Of a stretch of DNA of 64,000 nucleotides, positions 37,301 through 45,964 are shown piece by piece (positions within the stretch are counted from its first letter, which is position 1; each line of letters begins with the position of its first letter). The position numbers and the translations under genes are program-made. The notes below the pieces were generated by a model that worked only from the letters and a program-made list of their open reading frames with translations, searched no databases and was not told the DNA's origin. The stretch lies in assembly GCA_002327445.1 (NCBI GenBank), contig DCWA01000019.1, positions 7,035-71,034 on the forward strand, in the 5' to 3' direction. The stretch comes from Desulfobacteraceae bacterium UBA2174 (GTDB lineage: Bacteria > Desulfobacterota > Desulfobacteria > Desulfobacterales > UBA2174).

Positions 37301-37935
37301 GCGAAATCATCCGAGTGGGCCATGTCGGCCGGGTCGGGCAGAATTCGGATGCGGTCGTCCCGGACCATTGGCCCCAATGCCTGGAGCAGATCGAGGGGGG
37401 TGCGCCATTGGCGTCTGAGCCAGCGGGCTTCCGCAACGGAAAGGGATTCGGCCTGCCGGCGCCAGAAGTCGGCGATCACCGTGCGGCGCAGTTCGCTTTC
37501 GTCGGTGACGAACTCGGACTCGAAGGGGACCCGGCTTTCGAAGGCGTTTTCCCGCAGTGTGCGCTGGCAAAAGGAGTGGATGGTGTACACGGCCGCCTCG
37601 TCGAGACGGGTCAGGATGTCGGCGAGATGACGCCGGGCCGTCAGGTGGTCCGGCAGGCGGGCGAAGATGGCGGCCAGCGTTTCGTCGGCGGCATCGGCGT
37701 CATCCAAGGCGGCGATGGCCTCGGCGATGCGTCGGCGAATGCGCCCCCGCAACTCCTCGGTGGCCGCATTGGTGAAGGTGACGACCAGGATGCGGTCCAC
37801 ATCGAGATCGGCCTCCAGGAGCAGGCGGAGGTAGAGCGTCACTAGGGTATGGGTTTTTCCCGTGCCGGCACTGGCTTCGATCAGGGTGAGGCCCCGCAGC
37901 GGCAACTGCAGCGGATCCAGGCGCGCGGGGCTCAT
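34369..37935 (-). CDS. recB: Exodeoxyribonuclease V beta subunit RecB
   Basis: 1188 aa. ...LIEASAGTGKTHTL..VVTFTNAATEELR is the UvrD-like helicase region. The C-terminal nuclease region reads ...GFIDLVFRHRGRYYIADYKSN. Confidence 0.9.
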   Translation of the reverse strand: MSPARLDPLQLPLRGLTLIEASAGTGKTHTLVTLYLRLLLEADLDVDRILVVTFTNAATEELRGRIRRRIAEAIAALDDADAADETLAAIFARLPDHLTARRHLADILTRLDEAAVYTIHSFCQRTLRENAFESRVPFESEFVTDESELRRTVIADFWRRQAESLSVAEARWLRRQWRTPLDLLQALGPMVRDDRIRILPDPADMAHSDDFAALAGVFESLKTAWATDREAVVKILENSGGLNRRSYSKPVVGRAVAAMDELLAGDLPLALPAELARFTPDQLKAQTKPGEAVPAHAFFDRCAAFAKTFEMTLKARRVTLLAAAREFLAAEMVQRKRQRQVLSFDDLLRLVDEALSGDGGPSLAAVIRERFPAALIDEFQDTDPLQYRIFQQIYRQCDQSGLFLIGDPKQAIYSFRGADIFTYMQAKNDAGARRCFTLGTNWRSATRLVAAVNHLFSAAQRPFVYDRHIPFLPVSAGPRADDRPLKLAGQVPTPLSFWFLETRGRTLTRNGAITADAAREAAAAVCATQIARLLALSARGRAVLGDVPLQAGDIAVLVRSHSDGLWMQRALRERGIASVSLSQQSVFDTPEAEALQQVLMAVSDPGNEGRFKAALASALLVWPAEEILALDDQMQPREAVLSRFHAYRDLWLHRGFQRAFFALIEGEKILERCQTDPDGERRLTNLLHLGELLQAASRQFTGPQRLLRWLADQRCDPGADDERLLRLESDEALVQIVTIHKSKGLEYPVVFIPFPWAGGMAGRGPVVFHAPEPPYPVILDLGSDRIEAHQAMAAAEDLAERLRLLYVAVTRARHLCVLTWGRINNAEHSALAWLLHPDSGQDPPRSLMRDLAEEEIRARLETLAAGAGGAIQVKPAPEEPAPEIGLPSQDEKNYAARPFTGRIAGDWRLTSYSGLLAGRDVERPDHDPEPSPETAETPSAPVDAVFRFPRGTVAGQCLHELLENIDFPTAEGPALAEAVQRQLARHAIGDGWQPVAAEIVRRTLDTPLDADGLRLRAICRPDRLDEMEFHFPLARLEPTRLAGVLADFAGHRSAGQGLHFDPVKGLMKGFIDLVFRHRGRYYIADYKSNHLGDHLQDYGPRQIGEAMAAHRYDLQYLLYTVALHRYLACRLPGYRYSDHFGGVYYLFLRGMHPDHGPSRGVFSHRPEPALVEALDRMFAGNTEPGDRR

Positions 37936-40900
37936 GTCAACGGCTCCTCTTCGGCGGCGTTCATCAAGGGTTCAAAAACAAGGACGGCCGTTTGTCGAAA
38001 TGGCTCCTGCAAGGGATCCTGACCGCGCCAGGCGAGCTGGACCGCCGGGTCGAAAGCGTCGCCGCGGGCGTTGTAGTCATCCCGCCAAACCCGGCGGCAG
38101 GCCGCAAGGGCCTTGTCCGGGTTGCCGCTTCGATTCCACGCTTCGACATAGGCCCTGGATGTTTCGGGGAAAAACGGCAGCGGGGCCGAATGTCCCGCGC
38201 GCCAGAGCACCAACAGTTCCTGGAGAATCTCCAAGGGGTTGGCCACCGGCGCCAGTCGAAGCACCCTGTCGGCGGCGATGTGCAGGCTCGTCGCCGGCCG
38301 GGTGCCGGCTGTGGCGGCGCACAGGGCCAGGTGCTGGAGCCAGAGCTGCAACCGGTCCCTGGCTTTCAGCGCCGCCGGGCGAAAGGCCATCCGACCGCTT
38401 TCGGTGAGCCCGCCGAGCCACCCGCGCAGGATGACGTCTCCCACGACGAGGTCCAGTTCCAGCGGCGCCACCGGCTGGCGTGCCGCGTCCTGAACCCGCT
38501 GCACAACCAGATCCATGCCTTCCAGCATCTCTTCCCATGCCGCTTCTCCCGGGGCGGCATGGGGCAGTTGGCCCCGGGCGCGCAGCTTGCGCCTCACCTC
38601 TTCGATCCGGTGGCCTTCCAGCATCTCGGCCACCAGCGTGTCCCGAGCCCCGTAGCGCTCCAGCCCGGCGATATCGAAGGGTTCCTCGTCTGGAGGTGGG
38701 CCTTGGTCCGCCATCAACTGGATGCCGAGCCGCTGCTGGAGAAACCAGCGGGCCGGGTGGCTGAAAAAACGCACCAGATCCGAGATGTCCACTACCGGCT
38801 CCCGGTCCGCGGGGACCGGCAACGGCTGCGCCGCGAAGGGGCGGGGCCCTGACGCCCGAAGGTTCGGCGCGGCCCGGCACCAGCGGGAATCGTAGGAAAA
38901 CAGGTCAGGGTGCCGGCCGTCGAAGAGGCGGAGGCTGAAGGGCTGCAAGGGATGGCGCCGGACCAGGCGATCGGATGGCATCTTGCTGCCAGGCAGCCGC
39001 CAGCTCCCGTCGACGTAGGCCATCAGCTCGCTGACCACCACCGACGGCTCCCGGGGGCTGTTGTCCCGCACGTCGTTGCCTAAGTAGCTGACATAAAAGA
39101 CGTCGCGGGCCGAAAGGAGGGCTTCGAGAAACAGGTACCGGTCGTCCAGGCGCCGGGACCGGTCGCCGGGCCGCGGATGGCGGGCGATGAGATCGAAGCC
39201 GGGCGGCTGCTGGCGGCGGGGAAAATCCGTGTCGTTGAGCCCCAGGAGGCAAACCACCCGGAAGGGAATGGCGCGCATGGGAACCATGTTGCAGAAGGTC
39301 ACGCCGCCGAGGAGGAAGCGACGTGCTCCGCCGGCGGTGGCGAGATGCCCTTCCAGGTGGGCGCGGATCACCCGGGCTTCCAGGCAGGTTTCCAGGCCGG
39401 CCTGGCCGGCTGCCTGCCCCAGTCTGTCCGCGGCCCGCCGCAGGGCCTGGAGGCTTTCGGCCTCATCCGGATCCGGCGCCAGGAAATCATCGACCAGATC
39501 GTTGATCCGCTGAAGCCAGTGCCCGGCGGAGGCCGGTGCCTTGAGCACGGCGCGCCAGCGGGCCAGCCGGTCCACCAGGGTCTGCAACATCCCCAGATCG
39601 CTGGCCTCGCTTCCTTCCACATCCGGGTAGCTCAGGGTGTCCCCGTAGAAGACCTCCTCCGGAGGCATGGCGTAGCCGAGGAACAGGCGGGCAAGGCCGG
39701 CCTGCCAGGTGTTGGCCGGTTCGGCGGGCAGGCCCAGGGTGGCGCGCATGGCACCGTCCAGTCCCCAGCGAATCCCGGATTCCTCCACCCAGGTGCGGAT
39801 GCGCGCCAGCCCGTCGGCATTCAGAGAAAAGCGCCGGGACACCGCCGGCACTTCCAGCAGACCCAGCACTTCCGAGACGCTGAGGCGCATCTCGGGCAGA
39901 TCCAGCAGGCCCAGAACGGTTTCCACCACCGGTTCCCGGGCGGTGAGGCGCCGGTCGGCCATGCTCCAGGGAATGGAGCGTTCCCGGGGCGCCGCGTCAA
40001 AGACCGCTTCCACATGGGGGGCATAGATGTCGATATCCGGCGCCATGACCACGACCTGGCGGGGATGCAGGTTCGGAAGCGTCTCGAAGAGCGCCAGAAG
40101 GCGGTCGTGGAGGACTTGCACCTCGCGCATGGGAGTGTGGCAGGCATGGATCTGCACGGAAGGATCATCGGGGGCGAGGGCGGCCGGCCGTTTGTCGCCA
40201 CGCCGGTCCTCCAGGTACAGCAGATCGTGCTGAAGGCAGGCCAGCAGGCTTGCTTCGCCGGGATCGGCGAAGGCGTCCCGGTCCCGGGCGCCGATTTCCA
40301 GCAGTTGATCGAGAAAGCCTTGGCCGGTGTGGCCGAAGGCGGCCAACAGCGGATTGCCCACGTCGAGGAGGCCGCTGAAGTCATCGCTCCCGCTGCGCCG
40401 CCATAGCGCCCGCCGCCGAGCCTGGCCCCGGTCGTCGACGATGTCGGCCCAGTACTCGGCGCTGGGATTGAGCAGGAACAGGTGCACCGGGCGGTGGCGC
40501 GACAGGATGTCCAAGGCGTGCAGGTGCACCGGCGCCAGTGCGGTGAGCCCGAAGAGGCTCACCCGCTCTGGCAAGGCGCCGGACGGGGGGTTGCCCTGAC
40601 CGGCGGCCTGGCGAAAGGCGTCAAAGATGGCGGCCCGGTGCATGCCGCCGACGCTGCCCACCACCGTTCGCCACAGGATGGCCTGCCAATGGTCTTCCCG
40701 GCCGGCCTCCCAGTCCAGCATCATGTCCGGCCGATAAACGAGGTACTGATCGAAGACGTCGGCGATGCGCCCGGCGAGCTGATAGGCCTTGAGGCCGTCG
40801 GCGTCTTCTTGCAGGTAGCGTTTTAATTCGGCAAAGGCCGGTTGGGGCAGGAGGGGGGGCAGCAGCGCCAAAATTCGCCAGTGGAGGGCTTCCCGGTCGT

Positions 40901-41153
40901 AGCGGGTTTGATCCGGCATCTCCGACAGCCATGCGCTGTAAACGCGCCAGACGAAGGTAGCGGGCAGCGGAAAGTCCAGGTTGGCGGCAATCCCCGTTTC
41001 CAGCGCCAGTTGCTGGGCCAGCCAGCGGGCCATGCCCGGGTTCTGGACCACCACCGTCTCCGGCGCCATGGGGTCGGCCAACGGTTGCCGCGTCATGTCC
41101 ACAAACCGCTCCAGCAGGAGCTCGGTGCGGTTGCTGTGGTGGATATGGATCAT
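37932..41153 (-). CDS. recC: Exodeoxyribonuclease V gamma subunit RecC
   Basis: 1073 aa. MIHIHHSNRTELLLERFV... is a typical RecC N-terminus. ATGA-coupled to recB. Confidence 0.9.
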   Translation of the reverse strand: MIHIHHSNRTELLLERFVDMTRQPLADPMAPETVVVQNPGMARWLAQQLALETGIAANLDFPLPATFVWRVYSAWLSEMPDQTRYDREALHWRILALLPPLLPQPAFAELKRYLQEDADGLKAYQLAGRIADVFDQYLVYRPDMMLDWEAGREDHWQAILWRTVVGSVGGMHRAAIFDAFRQAAGQGNPPSGALPERVSLFGLTALAPVHLHALDILSRHRPVHLFLLNPSAEYWADIVDDRGQARRRALWRRSGSDDFSGLLDVGNPLLAAFGHTGQGFLDQLLEIGARDRDAFADPGEASLLACLQHDLLYLEDRRGDKRPAALAPDDPSVQIHACHTPMREVQVLHDRLLALFETLPNLHPRQVVVMAPDIDIYAPHVEAVFDAAPRERSIPWSMADRRLTAREPVVETVLGLLDLPEMRLSVSEVLGLLEVPAVSRRFSLNADGLARIRTWVEESGIRWGLDGAMRATLGLPAEPANTWQAGLARLFLGYAMPPEEVFYGDTLSYPDVEGSEASDLGMLQTLVDRLARWRAVLKAPASAGHWLQRINDLVDDFLAPDPDEAESLQALRRAADRLGQAAGQAGLETCLEARVIRAHLEGHLATAGGARRFLLGGVTFCNMVPMRAIPFRVVCLLGLNDTDFPRRQQPPGFDLIARHPRPGDRSRRLDDRYLFLEALLSARDVFYVSYLGNDVRDNSPREPSVVVSELMAYVDGSWRLPGSKMPSDRLVRRHPLQPFSLRLFDGRHPDLFSYDSRWCRAAPNLRASGPRPFAAQPLPVPADREPVVDISDLVRFFSHPARWFLQQRLGIQLMADQGPPPDEEPFDIAGLERYGARDTLVAEMLEGHRIEEVRRKLRARGQLPHAAPGEAAWEEMLEGMDLVVQRVQDAARQPVAPLELDLVVGDVILRGWLGGLTESGRMAFRPAALKARDRLQLWLQHLALCAATAGTRPATSLHIAADRVLRLAPVANPLEILQELLVLWRAGHSAPLPFFPETSRAYVEAWNRSGNPDKALAACRRVWRDDYNARGDAFDPAVQLAWRGQDPLQEPFRQTAVLVFEPLMNAAEEEPLT

Positions 41154-41399
41154 GGGAAGGATCTTGCGAAGGCTCCGGTAAGCAGGAATCCTGCGTGACG
41201 GTCACAAATCCCCAGGCGGTGAACCGGGTGTGGTGTAACACGTTGCGCCTGAGGTCGCAATGTACGCCATCCGACTGAATTGGATGGTGCCAGCGGGCGC
41301 ACCCACTGGCTCGAGTTCCAGCCGCGTCTTCTCTTGCCTGCCAAAGTGAAGTATACAGGAAGGCAATCCTTCCGCGAAACATTTCCTGGAGAACCGGCA

Positions 41400-41603
41400 A
41401 TGGAAAAAATCGGCTACGCCCTGCTATTGGCGGCGGCCCTCGGTTGGTTGATCGGGGTGTTGATGGGGATTCCCCGTACTTTTCCCGCCGGTGCCATCGG
41501 GTTGCTCGCGTTGGTGGGGGTCGGCTTGCTGTTTGCCAAGGTGCTGAAGGAGCGTTGGGGCAACAAGGAAGACGATCACTACGACAAAACGGTGGAAAAA
41601 TAG
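41400..41603 (+). CDS. Small two-TM membrane protein
   Basis: 67 aa: MEKIGYALLLAAALGWLIGVLMGIP...GLLALVGVGLLFAKVL. Lies 9 nt upstream of ybjQ-like. Confidence 0.5.
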   Translation: MEKIGYALLLAAALGWLIGVLMGIPRTFPAGAIGLLALVGVGLLFAKVLKERWGNKEDDHYDKTVEK

Positions 41604-41612
41604 GAGCCCGCC

Positions 41613-41939
41613 ATGCTGTTGACGACGCAAGATGAATTCGCCGACTACCAGATCGTCCAGACGCTGGGACCGGTGAAGGGCAATACCATCCGGGCGCGGC
41701 ATATCGGCAAGGATATCCTGGCCAGTTTGCGCAACCTGGTTGGCGGCGAGGTCCATGAATACACCAAGATGTTGGCCGAATCCCGCGAGCAGGCCCTCGA
41801 CCGGATGGTGTCGCAGGCCAGGATCCTCAACGCCGACGGGATCGTTTGCCTTCGATTCACCACGGCCAGCGTGATGCAGGGAGCGGCGGAGCTGCTGGCC
41901 TACGGCACCGCCGTCAAGCTTCAGCCGAAAAAACCGTAG
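41613..41939 (+). CDS. YbjQ/UPF0145-family protein
   Basis: MLLTTQDEFADYQIVQTLGPVKGNTIRARHIGKDILASLRNLVGGEV.EY..M...R. Confidence 0.8.
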   Translation: MLLTTQDEFADYQIVQTLGPVKGNTIRARHIGKDILASLRNLVGGEVHEYTKMLAESREQALDRMVSQARILNADGIVCLRFTTASVMQGAAELLAYGTAVKLQPKKP

Positions 41940-42400
41940 ATCATGAAAGACGCCGCTGCCTGACAGGACAGGGCAAAACCGGGTGCGGGCCGGTCGCAAT
42001 GGGCCGGCACCGGGGAAAGGCCGGACGATTTGTGGCGTTTGGTTTCTCCGGGCAATGGCAATCTGCCTGCTTGACGGCATCTGCCGGAAGCCGAATCGTT
42101 GGCCTTTGCGACGCCGAATCGGGCAAGGCGATCTTCATCGTACCCGCAGACGCAGAGGAGGCGTCGGTGGGGTTCGCTCAGCTTTTCTCTCATTGCCGGG
42201 GCGACTCTGGGGCGGAATCGGAGCAGTGGCGCCCCGATTCTGCAAAAGTCGGGCTTGACTTGTTTCATTTGACGGATTCTAAGAGGCAAGAGACCCGCTG
42301 CCGTCCGAGGCGATATGATTGTTTCGGCCGATTTTGCCTTCTCTCATCAGAACGGCCCGATCGGAGAGGGCAAGCCGGGTAAATTCAGAGAGTCGGATGG

Positions 42401-43525
42401 ATGCCAGTCATGTTCCCGTTAATTGAAAAGGCACCGGCGGCGGCCGGCCAAACCGCCATCGACCCTGAGGCACTGGAGAAAAAACGCCTTGCGCAGATTG
42501 TGCTCCTGTTCGGCGGGGTGGCGGTTTTTATTCTGCTCACCATCTCGGCGGTCAATTATGTCCGGCATTCCGGGGCATTCATCTGGATGACGGTGCCGGC
42601 GGCGGCGGTCCTCCTGGCCCTGGTTTTCTTTACACAACGCACCGGCAATATCTCGCTGGCGATCAACGCATTTGGCGTCATGATGGTCGCCTTGAGCCTG
42701 ATTCTGCTCGTCTCCGGCGGCATCAACGGGTATGGGCTGCTGTGGATCTACATTTTTCCGCCCTTTATCTTTTATGCGCAGGGATTTCGGCGCGGCCTGT
42801 TCTACATGGCCCTTCTCATTGCCTGCGTCCTGGCGGTCTTCTACGGTCAGTATTGGCCCATCGACCATTTTCGTTACAGTCCCGATTATAAAAAGCGCTT
42901 CCTGCTCTCGTTGTCCGGCGTGGTGATGATTTCCGCCATCTCCGAATACAGCCGCCAGAAAACCCACCGATGGCTGGCGACGTTGGCGGCAAAGCTGGAG
43001 GCGCTCTCCTACCAGGACGAACTCACCGGGCTGGCCAATCGGCGTTGCGGCCTTAGCCAACTCTCGACGCTCCGGGAGATTTCCTTGCGCAACGAAACCC
43101 CGTTTTCCCTCATCGTTGTGGATATCGATCACTTCAAGCAAATCAATGATCATTACGGGCATGAAGCCGGGGATGCCATGCTCCGGCACTGCGCCGACAC
43201 CATGCGCCAGGGGATTCGTAAGCAGGACTTGCTCGTGCGCTGGGGCGGTGAGGAGTTTCTGTGCCTGCTGCCCAACACCGACCTGGACGGTGCTTTCGTC
43301 GTGGCCGAAAAGATGCGCAACAATCTGGAGAAGGCCCAGTTGGTCGCGGGCAGCCGGGTATTGAGAGCCACCGGCAGCTTCGGGGTCGCCCGGGTCGGGA
43401 AAGAGGAATCCCTCGACGCAACCTTGGCCCGGGCCGATGAGGCATTGTACCGGTCCAAGGAGGAAGGTCGCAACCGTGTTTCCGTGGCCGACAATTTCCA
43501 ACCGCCCAAAGGAAAGGCCGCCTGA
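42401..43525 (+). CDS. Membrane-anchored diguanylate cyclase (GGDEF)
   Basis: About 6 N-terminal TM helices, then ...DELTGLANRR...DIDHFKQINDHYGHEAGD...RWGGEEFLCLL. Confidence 0.85.
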   Translation: MPVMFPLIEKAPAAAGQTAIDPEALEKKRLAQIVLLFGGVAVFILLTISAVNYVRHSGAFIWMTVPAAAVLLALVFFTQRTGNISLAINAFGVMMVALSLILLVSGGINGYGLLWIYIFPPFIFYAQGFRRGLFYMALLIACVLAVFYGQYWPIDHFRYSPDYKKRFLLSLSGVVMISAISEYSRQKTHRWLATLAAKLEALSYQDELTGLANRRCGLSQLSTLREISLRNETPFSLIVVDIDHFKQINDHYGHEAGDAMLRHCADTMRQGIRKQDLLVRWGGEEFLCLLPNTDLDGAFVVAEKMRNNLEKAQLVAGSRVLRATGSFGVARVGKEESLDATLARADEALYRSKEEGRNRVSVADNFQPPKGKAA

Positions 43526-44685
43526 TGCGCTTGAAAGACAAGTACGCCATCGTCGGGGTGGGGTACACCCCCCAAGGTAAAGTGCCGGAGCGCACCACCT
43601 TGAGTTTCCATCTGGAAGCCTGCGCCAACGCCATCGCCGATGCCGGGCTGAAGCCCCACGACGTGGACGGCCTCATCGTCTATCGCCACTTTTCAGGCCC
43701 CACCGGCGAGCGGGACCTCACCCCCTACCTGTTGGCCCAGCACCTTGGCATTGCGCCAACCTACGCTTATCAGGACGCCAACTGATCGCGCAGCCACCTC
43801 CAGCACGCCGTGAGCGCGCTTGAATCCGGCCTCTGCCGATATGTGTTGCTGTCTTACGCCCATTCGGGAGACAGTATGCTGCGGGTGCTCGACGAGATCA
43901 GCGGCGATGAGGCTCCCTTCGGGTTGTTCGGCGCCGCCGGCGGATACGCCCTGGCCGCCCGGCGGGCCATGCACGAATTTCGCACCGGCCCCGATACCTG
44001 GAAGCACATCGCGGTGGGCCAGCGCAAATGGGCCCGCCTCAATCCACGGGCGATCCTTCGCGACCGCCCGTTGACCCTGGAAGATTACGAAAATGCCCCC
44101 TTCCTCGTCGAACCGTTTCGACTGCCCGACAACTGCCTGGTCAACGACGGAGGGCGGGCCTGCGTCCTGACCTCCCTGGAACGCGCCCGTGACCTGAAGC
44201 ATCCGCCGGTGACCATCATGGGTCTCGGGCAGCACAACCCGTCGGGCGACCTTTACCAACCGGGCCATCTCACCGGGCCCACCGGTGCCAAGGTGGCTTT
44301 CCAGCAAGCCCTGGGCATGGCGGGAATCACGCGATCGGAGATCGATGCCTGCCAAATTTACGACTGTTTTACCTACACCGTTGAAATAACACTCCAGGAT
44401 TACGGTTTCTTCGAACCCGGCGGAGGGGCGGAATGGCTTGCCGGGGGCACCATCGAGCCCGGGGGCCGAATACCGGTGAACACTTCGGGAGGGCAATTGG
44501 CCGAGGCCTATCACATGGGGCTGACGCCGCTCACCGAGGCCGTGATGCAGCTCATGGGCCGTTGCGGGGCGCGCCAGCTCGGACCGGAAACCGGCACCCG
44601 GAAGCCCGAGGTGATTCTGTGCAGCGACAACGGCGGCGTCTTGCAAACCCATTCTTGCTGTATTTTAAGGAGGTGGACGCCATGA
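43525..44685 (+). CDS. SCP-x/DUF35-associated thiolase-like protein with in-frame TGA (43783-43785) at the nucleophile-Cys position: Sec candidate or nonsense pseudogene
   Basis: Track ORFs 43525-43785 and 43810-44685 share one frame. Read-through gives ...AYQDAN-TGA-SRSHLQHAVSALESGLCRYVLL..., and a C-terminal ...VNTSGGQLAEAYHMG... ATGA-coupled to the DUF35 gene. Confidence 0.6.
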
Positions 44686-45095
44686 CGGCCCCAGCCAAAC
44701 CGGCGCCGCGGCTCAATGCCGACTCCCGGCCTTTCTGGGAAGCGTGCCGATCCCATCGGCTCCAGGTTCAGCAATGCACCGCCTGCGGATTGGCGCGCTG
44801 GCCGCCCGCGTTTCTCTGCCCCCGGTGTCATGGGAAAGAGGCTCAGTGGCGAGACTGTTCCGGCAGGGGGCGGGTGTACAGCTACGTGGTGTATCACAAG
44901 GCGTTCCATCCGGCCTTCAAGACGGATGTGCCTTACGTGGTGGCCATTGTGACCCTGGCGGAGGGCCCCTGCCTGGTGAGCAACATCGTCGGATGCGATC
45001 CGTCCGAGGTTTATTGCGAGATGCCTGTCGAGGTGACGTGGGCGGATCGGCCGGCCGGATTCTCGCTGCCGTTGTTCAAGCCGTCCAATATGTAG
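44682..45095 (+). CDS. DUF35 OB-fold/zinc-ribbon protein (thiolase partner)
   Basis: ...FWEACRSHRLQVQQCTACGLARWPPAFLCPRCHG...GRVYSYVV.. AGGAGG RBS upstream of the ATG at 44682. Confidence 0.8.
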   Translation: MTAPAKPAPRLNADSRPFWEACRSHRLQVQQCTACGLARWPPAFLCPRCHGKEAQWRDCSGRGRVYSYVVYHKAFHPAFKTDVPYVVAIVTLAEGPCLVSNIVGCDPSEVYCEMPVEVTWADRPAGFSLPLFKPSNM

Positions 45096-45219
45096 CTGAA
45101 AACATGAGTTTTGTATTCTATATTGAGTTTGACAGGTCTCGGGGGTTTTGGTAGTCACTGGCATGGATACCGCTTCCAATACTGCAGCGGAAACTTTACG
45201 GCCAAAAGGAGGAACGTCA

Positions 45220-45846
45220 ATGAAAAGGTATGCTTTTACCGTCGCCGTCTTTTTTGTCGTTTTTCTCGTGGTTGGCACCGTGTACGCGGCAGAAGGGTTT
45301 TATGCCAGTTTGAACGCAGGGGTGGCCATCGCAGATGATTCCGATGTGGATTTTGATGGCGGCTACAAGGTCGAGATCGAAATGAAGGAGGGAATGGCGG
45401 TTTCATATGCCATGGGGGGCAACCTCAACGAATTTTTCAGAGCCGAACTGGAGCTTGGTTATCAGGAGCATGATTTCGACAAAGCCAAAGATCCCGATTT
45501 CGGGAAGGTCGACATCAGTGGCGATGCCGCAATTTATTCACTCCTGATCAACGGTTACGCCGATTTCAAGAACACGACGATGTTGACACCCTTTGTGACG
45601 GTGGGGCTCGGTATGGCTCAGGTCGATTTCAGCGATATCGGGGTTGAAGGTATAATGGTGCCGACTTCTGACGATGATATCGTATTCGCCTACCAGGTTG
45701 GGGCGGGGGTCGGAATCGAGGTCCATCCACGTGCTACGATTGACCTTAAATATCGGTATTTCGGGACTTCCGATCCCGAGTTGGATTACTATGATACCGA
45801 GTTCTCAAGTCACAATCTTTACGCCGGCATACGGGTTTACTTCTAA
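45220..45846 (+). CDS. Outer-membrane beta-barrel protein (OmpA-like barrel / porin family)
   Basis: Signal MKRYAFTVAVFFVVFLVVGTVYA, alternating beta-strand pattern, and a C-terminal ...YAGIRVYF. AAGGAGGA RBS. Confidence 0.75.
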   Translation: MKRYAFTVAVFFVVFLVVGTVYAAEGFYASLNAGVAIADDSDVDFDGGYKVEIEMKEGMAVSYAMGGNLNEFFRAELELGYQEHDFDKAKDPDFGKVDISGDAAIYSLLINGYADFKNTTMLTPFVTVGLGMAQVDFSDIGVEGIMVPTSDDDIVFAYQVGAGVGIEVHPRATIDLKYRYFGTSDPELDYYDTEFSSHNLYAGIRVYF

Positions 45847-45885
45847 CCGCCATCCATGCCATCCTCAGGCATCTGTTTGAATTGA

Positions 45886-45927
45886 CGCCCCTTCTTGCAT
45901 CAAGAGCGCGAAGGGGCGGTTTTGTTT
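45886..45927 (+). terminator. Rho-independent terminator
   Basis: Stem CGCCCCTTC/GAAGGGGCG (9 bp) followed by GTTTTGTTT. Confidence 0.7.
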
Positions 45928-45964
45928 CGGACAAAACAGGAACAAGCAAACCCGGAGAGACAAC

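Noticed and set aside
43787-43840. Candidate SECIS elements downstream of the thiolase TGA
   Set aside because: By eye there is only a 5-bp GC stem with a 3x1 internal loop and a 12-nt loop lacking GU, and a CGGC-CUCU-GCCG mini-hairpin about 40 nt downstream. Neither resembles a canonical bacterial SECIS, so I report the TGA itself but do not annotate a SECIS.
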